Positions 41,470-49,998 of a stretch of DNA of 64,000 bases are shown in pieces. The notes beneath the pieces are model-generated. The model ran no database searches and was not told the origin of the DNA. It was given only the letters and a program-made list of their open reading frames with translations. The stretch is from Bdellovibrionota bacterium (GTDB lineage Bacteria; Bdellovibrionota_G; JALEGL01; JAGRMV01), in the NCBI GenBank assembly GCA_041391405.1, contig JAWKOB010000005.1, forward strand, positions 6,297 to 70,296, in the 5' to 3' direction. The number at the start of each line of letters is the position of its first letter. Position 1 is the first letter of the stretch. The translations under genes were made by a program, and so were the position numbers.

Positions 41470-42566
41470 AAAAAGCATCGTTACATATTATTTCAGGAAC
41501 ACCTGAGCGTCGGGTCACACCACTGGATGTGGGTACCTATATCCTTGGACGTGGCAGTCAGGCCAATGTTCAGATTCCTTCCCGCGAAATTTCACGCAAG
41601 CACGCACAGATCATCGTCAGCGAAGATGAAATCATTTTGCAGGACTGCGGCAGCGCCAATGGAACGCTGCTCAATGGCAACAAGATCATGTTGGAAAAAC
41701 TTAAATCTGGGGACCAGATCACCGTAGCCAACGTGACACTTGAACTGCGCATCGACGATGATTCGGATCAACCCACCGGCAATAAACAATCTTTTGCAAA
41801 TCAAGCCACACTCTATCTCGCCGCGACCAAAGTGACCCAAAAGCTTCGCCCGAAACAACTTTGGCCATTTTTCGTGGCTCTGTTTGGCGTTGCCTTCGTG
41901 GCCTTGTCGATTTTCGGACGTTTGTCGTTCAAGAGCCTTCTCAAACAGCGCCTGCATCGCGATGCCATTTCCCGCGCGCAAGGTCTGGTGAAATATCTCG
42001 CCGAAAAAAACCGCGAGGACGTGAAGCTCAACAATCAGCTTTTGCTGGACGTGGACAGCATCACCAAAGAACGCGGTGTGGTCAAAGCTTACATCATCAA
42101 CAACAAGGGGCGTATCCTGGCTCCGATTCGCAACATCGATGAAAACAATTCAGATCCATTTGTCATGGAAGCACTGGCCCATGATTCGGATCAATCCATG
42201 CTGCCGAGCCCTCCGCTTCCGGATGGAACCCAGATTTTGGTACATCCGATCCGTAGCTACAACGATACCACCGGCAAATACGAAAATATCGGCGTGGCCA
42301 AAATTGTTTTCTCGGCCGACAAATCCATCGGCGAACTCAAAGAAGCCAATCAGCTGATGATTGTTTTGATCATGCTGTCGGTTTTGTTGTCAGTACTGCT
42401 GGGATGGATGGCTTCCAAAACGCTGATCAATCCGATTCAACAACTGGCCGAAAAAATCCAACAGTGGCGCACGGGTCAGAGTTACACTCAAGATACTCCT
42501 CCCTTTGAGGATTTCAAACCCCTGTATGAAGCTGTCGAAAGGGCCATCGAGGAAGTCGATCAATGA
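41466..42566 (+). CDS. FHA-domain membrane protein 1 (FHA, TM, periplasmic domain, TM, HAMP-like helix)
   Basis: FHA: YILGRGSQANVQIPSREISRKHAQIIVSEDEIILQDCGSANGTLLNGNKI. TMs LWPFFVALFGVAFVALSIFG and LMIVLIMLSVLLSVLLGWMA, followed by SKTLINPIQQLAEKIQQW. Confidence 0.85.
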   Translation: MKKASLHIISGTPERRVTPLDVGTYILGRGSQANVQIPSREISRKHAQIIVSEDEIILQDCGSANGTLLNGNKIMLEKLKSGDQITVANVTLELRIDDDSDQPTGNKQSFANQATLYLAATKVTQKLRPKQLWPFFVALFGVAFVALSIFGRLSFKSLLKQRLHRDAISRAQGLVKYLAEKNREDVKLNNQLLLDVDSITKERGVVKAYIINNKGRILAPIRNIDENNSDPFVMEALAHDSDQSMLPSPPLPDGTQILVHPIRSYNDTTGKYENIGVAKIVFSADKSIGELKEANQLMIVLIMLSVLLSVLLGWMASKTLINPIQQLAEKIQQWRTGQSYTQDTPPFEDFKPLYEAVERAIEEVDQ

Positions 42567-43534
42567 GCCAGATCGTAATTTGGACGATCAAAGGCATCGC
42601 CGGAGAATTCGAAGGAAACACCCTTCCCCTCAAAGCCCCCATGATGACCGTGGGTCGCACGCACCAAAACCATATCGTCATCTCTGACACCAACATTTCC
42701 CGCCATCATGCGACTTTTTTCGTCGAAGGCGATCAACTATTTATCCAGGATGAAAAGAGCCGCAATGGCATCTTTGTCAACGACAAGAAAATCGATGCAG
42801 GAATTCGCGTCTTATTGAAACACAACGATCGCATCATGATCGGCCCTCACGGTTTTGCCGTTGAGGTCGAAGAAAAAACACACACCGAGATCCAGCATGC
42901 ACCCACCCGCGAAATGCAATCCACACCGCGCAAAGAGCAAACCCAGTTCCAACCGACCACCCTCCTGAAACACACCGCTTTATTGGAGAAACTCAAAGGT
43001 TTGAAACTGCCGTCCAATATGCCCAAGATCCAATTGAATCGTCGAACCATCATGTACGGAGTGATGGGACTCTTTGTTTTGATGATGATCATGACCAAAC
43101 TTCCCAAAAGCTCCGGAACCAAGAGTAAACCTCAAACCACGCCTTCGGTCGAAATTTTGACCAACAGTTCCGACAGCACCAATACTTCTCCCCTGGACGA
43201 TGCCGAAGTCGATGCATTGAAAGCCCAGGCCAAAGCAGCCTTACAATTTCAGGATTACTTGGCAGCGACGCAGCTTTATGAAAAAATTGTGAAAGCAAAC
43301 CCGAAAGACGAGTACATCAAGACGCAATATGAGTTTTCGAAGAAACAACTCAAGCGCCTGATTGAAAAACATCTCGAGTTTGCCAAACGTGAGTATGAGA
43401 AGCTCAATTATGAGCGCGCCATCATCGAGTGGAAACAGGTTCTCGCACTCACGCTGGAAACAAACCCGGAAGTGTATCAACAAACAGAAACCAAAATCCG
43501 GGATGCTGAGCGGGAAATGCAAAAGAGAAGATGA
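42563..43534 (+). CDS. FHA-domain membrane protein 2 (FHA, TM, TPR-like C-terminus)
   Basis: MTVGRTHQNHIVISDTNISRHHATFFVEGDQLFIQDEKSRNGIFVND, TM IMYGVMGLFVLMMIMT, and TPR-like FQDYLAATQLYEKIVKANPKDEY. Confidence 0.85.
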   Translation: MSQIVIWTIKGIAGEFEGNTLPLKAPMMTVGRTHQNHIVISDTNISRHHATFFVEGDQLFIQDEKSRNGIFVNDKKIDAGIRVLLKHNDRIMIGPHGFAVEVEEKTHTEIQHAPTREMQSTPRKEQTQFQPTTLLKHTALLEKLKGLKLPSNMPKIQLNRRTIMYGVMGLFVLMMIMTKLPKSSGTKSKPQTTPSVEILTNSSDSTNTSPLDDAEVDALKAQAKAALQFQDYLAATQLYEKIVKANPKDEYIKTQYEFSKKQLKRLIEKHLEFAKREYEKLNYERAIIEWKQVLALTLETNPEVYQQTETKIRDAEREMQKRR

Positions 43535-45862
43535 AATTAATTATTCGAAAAGACGGCCAGTTCTTCAAAGAAGTGGATTTTTCCGGATCTGAATTGATTA
43601 TCGGCAGATCCAATGAGGCCGGCGTGCAGCTTCTGCACGAAGATATTTCCCGAAAACACGTCAAGATCAGCCGAACATCCAACAAAATCATCATCGAAGA
43701 CTTGGGCAGCAAAAACGGCACCATGCTTCAAGGTGCGCCCATCCAAAAAAGCGAGATCCAAGAAGGTGAAGTATTCACCATGGGCCCTTTCAGCATTTCC
43801 ATCGAAAGTGTGGCACCTCAGGCTCAACGAACCGTTGTTGAGCATTCGATCGAAGACGAACCTTCCACTCGCTCGTTCAATGAAGATACCAACCTTTCGC
43901 GTCCGAAGATCAAATCCGATGATTTTCCTTCGGCATCATCCCCCGAAGAGGAAGAAGAACCCAACAGCGACTCATTTTTGGATGCCATTGCCGTATCCAA
44001 AAAACAGGATGAAGACATTGAATCGGAAGCTTTCATCGAAGCCGAGCCCGAATCTGAACAAGTCGACCCAGATTCTGAACCCGTGATCGAATATTCAAAA
44101 CCGACCGATCCCTACAAAAAAGTCCCCGAATATCTGGAAGAGGCAAAAGCCCGTAAAAAGAAGGGCAAGAAAAAACCAAAACCTGAGGACGAGGATTACA
44201 AAACAACACCTTATCAGACTTTCAGTCCGAATTGGATGAGGAAGAAAAGCCTGAGTCAGTGGATAGACCCGATGAAGCTCAAATCAAAACCAGGTGAAGC
44301 ATCCTGAATCCACGATGGAGCGTTCTTTGAAAGACTTTCCTTCATTGAGCGAAGAGAATGAAGACGAACCTTCAGATGTCGAAGAGTTTTCCTGAATCGC
44401 GAAATCGACGAGGAAGATCAAACAAGCGTTGAAAGACTTCCCGGACACCAACAAAGTCAGGAAGCAGCCAGGAAGCCGCTGAATCTTCTTCGTTCTCAAT
44501 GGCCTCTGAAGGAGAAATTCAATCCGAAGAACATGTGCCGACCGATCCCATCGAACTTTCTTCACCGAAAATGATCGATGAATCACGAAATTCCGATGCG
44601 ATACCGACGGAATCTTTCTCGACACCTGAAACTGAAATATCGCCACCGGATGAAAGAGATCACATCAAAACCTTCATGTACGATTCAAAAGATCTGCCTT
44701 CCGATCTGTCCGAAAAAACAGACGAATTCAGCTCCAAACCTGGAAACAAAAAATCAATCGTTCTGGCTTTGACCGAAAAATTGAAATTGGTCAAACCGAT
44801 GGTCCAAAAAGTCTTGCAAGATCCAAAAAAGAAGAAGATTGCCTTCATCTCCAGTGCATTGGTGCTTGGTTTTGCAATGTTCTTCATGATGGAAGGTGGA
44901 TCGATCTTCAAAAGAGAACCGGTGGATCCGGAACAGGCCATCAATAGCGAAGAGAAGTTTCGACAAGCTCGGCCGAAGTGAAAAAACGCGTGATCCAAAT
45001 CGATCAAATCAAAAAAGTGATCAACAACAAAGAAGGAAGTCGAAGAAGCCGATGCGCGCATGAAAAAGCTCATGACCCTGGCTGCCAACAACGAATCGTT
45101 CATTCAGTTCGAAAAAGAATATCAAAAACAACGCGATCAGATCACAAATCGAAGCCCGCAAGCAAAAAGAAGCCGAAGAAAAATTGGCTCAAAAAAATGC
45201 GGCGCTGGACGAGGCAAAAAAAATGATGGACGACAAGCAGTATGAGTTGGCCAAGAAAACCTATATGCGTCTACTTGAGACCTATCCAGATGATCCCGAC
45301 GTTCAAGAAAAAATCAGACACTGGAACTTCTGCAGGAACAGGAAGATCGCAAATCGTTCGCCAAAAAACAGCGCTACGACATGCTTTCTCGCATTTATAC
45401 CGAAGGTGTTCAAAAATATGAATCTGGACAAATTGGCCAGGCGCAAAAGCTATTGAAACAGGTCGCTGCTGAAAAAGGGCATCCGGAAATTATAAAGTGC
45501 CAATCAATACCTCGCGAATCGAAAGCTCAACACGGATAAAAAATCAACCAGCGCGTCGCCGCTGCCAAAACCATGATTCAAAACCCCGACACGCTGGTCG
45601 CCGGCTACAACGAGTCAAAAAAATCGTGAGCCCCACAATTTCCTGCGTTCCGGATGCCAAAAAATTGTTGTCGGATGCGAAAATCAAAATGGATAAAAAA
45701 AGCCCGCGAGCTTTATGCCGATGCTCTGGCGCAGGAAGAGCTCGCTGGGGACCCCTGCTGCCGCACTTGATCTATACGAGAAGTCCTTCGTTACGCTCCG
45801 GACAAATCGAACAAGTATCATCAAAAAGCCAAAAGAAAAAAATCGGCAGTTTGCAACTATAG
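43531..45862 (+). pseudogene. FHA-domain membrane protein 3 (FHA, acidic linker, TM, coiled-coil/TPR); many frame breaks; could alternatively be two genes
   Basis: FHA: LIIGRSNEAGVQLLHEDISRKHVKISRTSNKIIIEDLGSKNGTML. Downstream frames give the E/D-rich linker, TM IAFISSALVLGFAMFFMM, and TPR-like KQYELAKKTYMRLLETYPDDPDV and YESGQIGQAQKLLKQV. Confidence 0.6.
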
Positions 45863-45901
45863 CTGACTGGGTTCCGGTCTTTTTAAGAATCTTGAATAAA
45901 G

Positions 45902-45930
45902 GCGAGGTGCACTTTTGGAGTGCACCTCGC
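45902..45930. terminator. Bidirectional hairpin between convergent genes
   Basis: GCGAGGTGCACT-tttgg-AGTGCACCTCGC, a 12-bp perfect stem. Confidence 0.7.
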
Positions 45931-45952
45931 TTCGAACTCGTATCTATGGGCA

Positions 45953-46985
45953 GAGCGTTGAATTGGATCTGACCGAGTTGGAGTTGAACAATACACCGTT
46001 GTAAGCCAAGGCACGGATTCGATACTCAACTGTCAAACCATCTATTGCAGTTAGGTGGCGTGAAGTACATTTGGGATTGGTTGTTGTTGACCGAATGATA
46101 CGTCGGACTAAAACCAATCACTGTGGGCCTCGACTTGCATCCCGATGTATCCGTTAGGTTGGTTGTATGGCCCACCCGGTATAATCATCCCAATTCAAAT
46201 ATTCTGCTGTGGATGTATACTGTGGTGTACTCAAACCAGTTGGGGTTGCAATGTTGGTATAGGCCGTAACCACGTTGCACTAGCTCCAGATGCATGGTCG
46301 CCGGAATCACAAACTGTGATAACGATAGTGAGATCGGACCACCAATCGGCGACATATCGTTGTAAGACGTGCCCGGAACACCGAACCCAGTTTGTGTGGA
46401 AATGTTGCTCCGTGGTTGCTGTTTGGGTCTTGCGTTGAATTTTATAACTGGTCATTTCAGCATAATCTGACGAGTTCCAAGACCATTGCACCTGAGCGTT
46501 ACTTTGCGAAATCACGGAAGCCGAAACACCTGTAGCGACAGGGCATGTGCCCGAACGCCTCCACCGACGGTCAAGTTGGCAAATCCATATTCAGATGCAT
46601 CGCCATCTTCAGTGGTTGCCTTGAGTTTGAAATTATAATCTTGAGTTTGATCGATATCGGACGTGATCACATGGGATGTTTCCGTACCCACATCTACAGT
46701 TTCGTAAACAGACTCGCTGGCTTTTTTATATTCCAACTGAATCGTGTATTCAGCCGCCGTGTAGGTCGGGTTGACCCAGGTCACTTTGATTACGGGCGCC
46801 GTTGCGTTAAGCTCCGTTACTCCAGCTTCCACCTGCGGTTGTAAATTGTGCCGCAATGGAGCTTGGCGGAAGAATAGCTCTGTTCCCAGGTCTTCGCCTC
46901 CCATAGAATTGGAACGGCAACCTGTAATCTGTATCGCAGCCAAAATTGCCGCAATACTAAAGAAGAGCCTGGAATCTTTGTTTCA
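45953..46985 (-). pseudogene. Lipoprotein with about 3 fibronectin type III-like domains, several frame breaks
   Basis: MKQRFQALL(f)SIAAILAAIQITGC signal/lipobox. FN3-like VTELNATAPVIKVTWVNPTYTAAEYTIQLEYKKASESVYETVDVGT...YNFKLKATTEDGDASEYG, plus two further similar units in shifting frames. Confidence 0.65.
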
Positions 46986-47137
46986 TCATTGTCATAAATC
47001 ATCGTGCCTCTCATGCATATGAATATGGCAACGTCCGTGCCAATCAAAATCGATCTAACTTATTGAATTTATAGCTACTTCATAGGTAGGGTGTTTTGGC
47101 GGCTTTGCGCATCACCCAGCCCCTGCGACATCCCTAG

Positions 47138-47160
47138 GTACCCGGTACGGTACCGGGTAC
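47138..47160. promoter_or_regulatory. Perfect 23-bp palindrome (11-1-11) in the divergent region upstream of the flp genes
   Basis: GTACCCGGTAC-G-GTACCGGGTAC, read directly from the sequence. Confidence 0.5.
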
Positions 47161-47264
47161 ACGACGCGCAATGTCGTCAAGGTGATACATACCTTTTCAT
47201 AACGCATTCGGGCTTTCGGAAAAATTCAGCTCTATATATAATAGACACTAAGGAGGTGGCGCCC

Positions 47265-47327
47265 ATGAAGTGCTATTTTTTTGCCCATACGTATAAGCAA
47301 ATTGAATCCGCCATATCAAATAAATAA
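47265..47327 (+). CDS. Candidate 20-codon micro-ORF (MKCYFFAHTYKQIESAISNK) with consensus Shine-Dalgarno
   Basis: AAGGAGG at 47250-47256 lies 8 nt before the ATG. TATAAT-like box at 47237-47242. There is no homology evidence. Confidence 0.3.
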   Translation: MKCYFFAHTYKQIESAISNK

Positions 47328-47413
47328 TCAATGATATCAATATTTTATAATCGGTTGCTGATTTTTTGAACAGTGGCTAACTATTTACATAGGAATAAGG
47401 AAATAGGTGAAAC

Positions 47414-47608
47414 TTGAGCGATATAAAGCCCGGAAATAAAGGGCAAACGCTGGTTGAGTATGTGTTGCTTGTACCGGTGGTAAGTCTGTTCATTTATATG
47501 AGCTTCTTATTTTATCAAGGCTTCGTTCAAGGCAACCTCTATGGACGTACAGCACAGAACTATAACTATTACTCGGCGGAAGAAAATCCGGCCTACGGTC
47601 GAAAATGA
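47414..47608 (+). CDS. flp: Flp-family type IVb/c pilin 1 (TTG start)
   Basis: NKG-QTLVEYVLLVPVVSLFIY matches the Flp motif (G/xTxxEY followed by a hydrophobic stretch). 64 aa. Confidence 0.7.
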   Translation: MSDIKPGNKGQTLVEYVLLVPVVSLFIYMSFLFYQGFVQGNLYGRTAQNYNYYSAEENPAYGRK

Positions 47609-47663
47609 CAGTAGCGCTGCCGTTTCCATAAGCCAGGGATGAAGAAAACAAAAGGAGTAACAA

Positions 47664-47852
47664 ATGATTAAGGTACTTAAAAAAATCAAAAACAAAGAAG
47701 GTCAGACCACACTTGAATACGCACTTGTGATCGGCGTTATCGTCGTCGGCGCAATCATGATGGGTCAACATTTCTTCGGTAAAGATGGCGCAGCCAAAGA
47801 TGTATTCGGCAACGCAATCAAAAACGCTCAAGACACTTTGAAAACAGAGTAA
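47664..47852 (+). CDS. flp: Flp-family type IVb/c pilin 2
   Basis: NKEG-QTTLEYALVIGVIVVGAIMM. AAGGAG lies 7 nt before the ATG. 62 aa. Confidence 0.9.
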   Translation: MIKVLKKIKNKEGQTTLEYALVIGVIVVGAIMMGQHFFGKDGAAKDVFGNAIKNAQDTLKTE

Positions 47853-47895
47853 CTCGAGAGGTTTTCTTCTACCGGGCAAAAAAGGTGGGCTTGGA

Positions 47896-47963
47896 GAATC
47901 ATTCCCACTGTCGAGGCGGTAGCCGGTTGATAAGTTCACGGTTACTTGGAACAGGAATGATTC
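47896..47963 (+). promoter_or_regulatory. Copy B of the conserved hairpin element, between flp2 and tadE
   Basis: GAATCATTCC at 47896-47905 pairs perfectly with GGAATGATTC at 47954-47963. The 20-mer GTCGAGGCGGTAGCCGGTTG lies at 47911-47930. Confidence 0.45.
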
Positions 47964-47990
47964 GCAAAGACCCAAATGATTATCTCCTCT

Positions 47991-48040
47991 CCGCTTGGAG
48001 TGGAAAGTTCTCGAGACTTTTCATTTCAAGCGGAGTTTTT
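47991..48040 (+). terminator. Terminator/attenuator-like hairpin between the pilin genes and tadE
   Basis: CCGCTTG...CAAGCGG with inner stem GAAAGT/ACTTTT, followed by agTTTTT just before ATG 48062. Confidence 0.5.
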
Positions 48041-48061
48041 ATGCAAGAGAGTTATAATTCT

Positions 48062-48679
48062 ATGATGAAGCGAGTGAAAAAATTCAGGTCAAGGCACGAC
48101 CGAACTCGCATTACTTCTCCCCGTTCTATTTCTTCTATTCTTCGATGCCGTTCAGGTCATCATTTTTTCTGCAATCTTCCACCATGACTCAGTATGCAGC
48201 GTTTGTTTCGGCACGCGCATTTCAGGTGTATGGCGAATCGAAATCTTCAAAGCATCAACTACCACAAAGTCGCCAGCCCTCATACACCAACGAGGGACAA
48301 ACCATCGCTGAAGCTGCAGCTGAAGCCGTGATTTGAAAGTTTGATGTGGGAGCAACGCGTCGTGTGAGAAGTTCTGGATCAGGTCAACTACCTCAATCGC
48401 GTGTATGAAGACGGAAACAACACCACCCATGGCGGTGGATTTTCACAAAAGCTCGACGGGTGTCGTTCGGGTGAATTTTGTGCCCATCCTCCTGAGTTGC
48501 GACCAAGGCAGCGGGTTGAGGTTCAATACTGCATGCCGATTGTATTTCAGGTATTGACAGTTTTCTTTGAAGCCGTCAAAGGCGAATCTCCATACACGGT
48601 CACTCAAGATGGTCGCACCTATTCTGGAGTCGCAATTTCACACAAAACCAAGTTCGGCCGCGAACCGGTGGAGCCATAA
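48062..48679 (+). pseudogene. tadE: TadE-like pseudopilin, frame breaks (first at the A6 run 48077-48082)
   Basis: MMKRVKK then, after a 1-nt shift, NSGQGTTELALLLPVLFLLFFDAVQVIIFSAI (TadE N-terminal motif). Later pieces lie in two other frames. Confidence 0.7.
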
Positions 48680-49954
48680 TGAAAAATTTTTCCGACATAA
48701 TTCCGGACAACTTGCTGTCGGTTTAGCCTTTGCCTTTGCGGGCATTCTGGCGATGTTTGGTTTGGTGTTTCAATCCACACTCAACACCATCGACAAAGCC
48801 CAACTTCAAACCACATCCGACTACGCAGTTCTGATGGCTTCGCAAAATCAAGCAGCCAATTTGAACGAAATCAAAAAAATCAATGAAGGCATTCAGGCAG
48901 GATTTGCCCTTACTCAATCTGACATTCAACCTTCCTTTGCTCAAATGTACAGCGTTGCCGAACCCTCAGGTCAAAGCATTTTGAAGGAGGCTGCTGCTAT
49001 CGCAGCGTCAACTGCAACTCTAGGACAAGTTGCATCTGGAACTTGCAATGAAATGGGCCAGGCGTGGACAAATGGTATCGCGCAAAAATGATCGGCGCTT
49101 ACACCACAGCTCGAAACCAAGCGGCTTCGGCCATTGTCACCATTGTCACCGATTCCAATGAGCTCAGCTTTCAGCGTGCTTTGGATTATTTTTTGGAGCC
49201 TGGCGGACTTCCACACGGCATGTATTTGAAACTCAAACAAATCTTGGGTGCAAATTTCACTGTGAATCAAGTCAAACATGAATACGAAAAAGGAACGCTA
49301 ACCAATGATGAAGACTTTACCTATCAAATTTTGGACGAAAACCGAGAAGACCCGTTGTTCATTCCGAAAAACGAACCGCGAATGTTTACATACATGAAAT
49401 ATACTTATTCAGAATCTGCCTGCTATTGTTCTCCGACATCGGGCTGTCAAACATGCTGCATGGGAGCACTCATCGGTGCTCCCGGAGCAACTCCGGCCAA
49501 TGCTCGTGTCACCAAGGCCACCGATGACGTTGCTTACTTCTTTGCTGGCGTTCGCTACACACCAGCCTTGAGCATCATTCAAAAAACATTCAAACTGGGC
49601 GTGAAAAATCCCGACGTGCAAAGCTCATCATTTGGTCAAGACATTGACGGAACGTTGAGCGAAGAAAAACTTTTTCGCGAGCGGGACAAACATCAACGCA
49701 CCACCTTCCAAGTCATGTCTGCGGCCAAACCGTATGGTGGAACGTATCCAGAATCTGGCAACTTGATGGACTCAACCGGAATCTCTGGTTCCAATGGAGA
49801 TTCGTTTCTCGGCGCCAAACTTTTTGGTATCGCGGATTTTGATGAAATCGGCGGCGTACGATTGCATCGTGCTGATGGATCCATTGCCAATCGCGACTAC
49901 CAAGGCAACATCAACGGCGAAGTACCGTTCTATGCGGAGGATTTTCTACACTAG
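48679..49954 (+). pseudogene. tadG: TadG-like Flp pilus assembly protein (Tad N-terminal motif), frame breaks
   Basis: HNSGQLAVGLAFAFAGILAMFGLVFQSTLNTIDKAQLQTTSDYAVLMAS. The start ATG overlaps the tadE stop (TAATG). The second piece is 49064-49954. Confidence 0.7.
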
Positions 49955-49998
49955 TGTTTGGGGACACACTCAAACACATAGAAAGACATTTAGAACTT

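Noticed and set aside
47091-47327. 78-aa ORF upstream of flp as a possible hit-locus-like small protein.
   Set aside because: It has no signal peptide or SD, an odd composition, and runs straight through the 23-bp palindrome. I kept only its last 20 codons, which have their own consensus SD, as a candidate micro-ORF.
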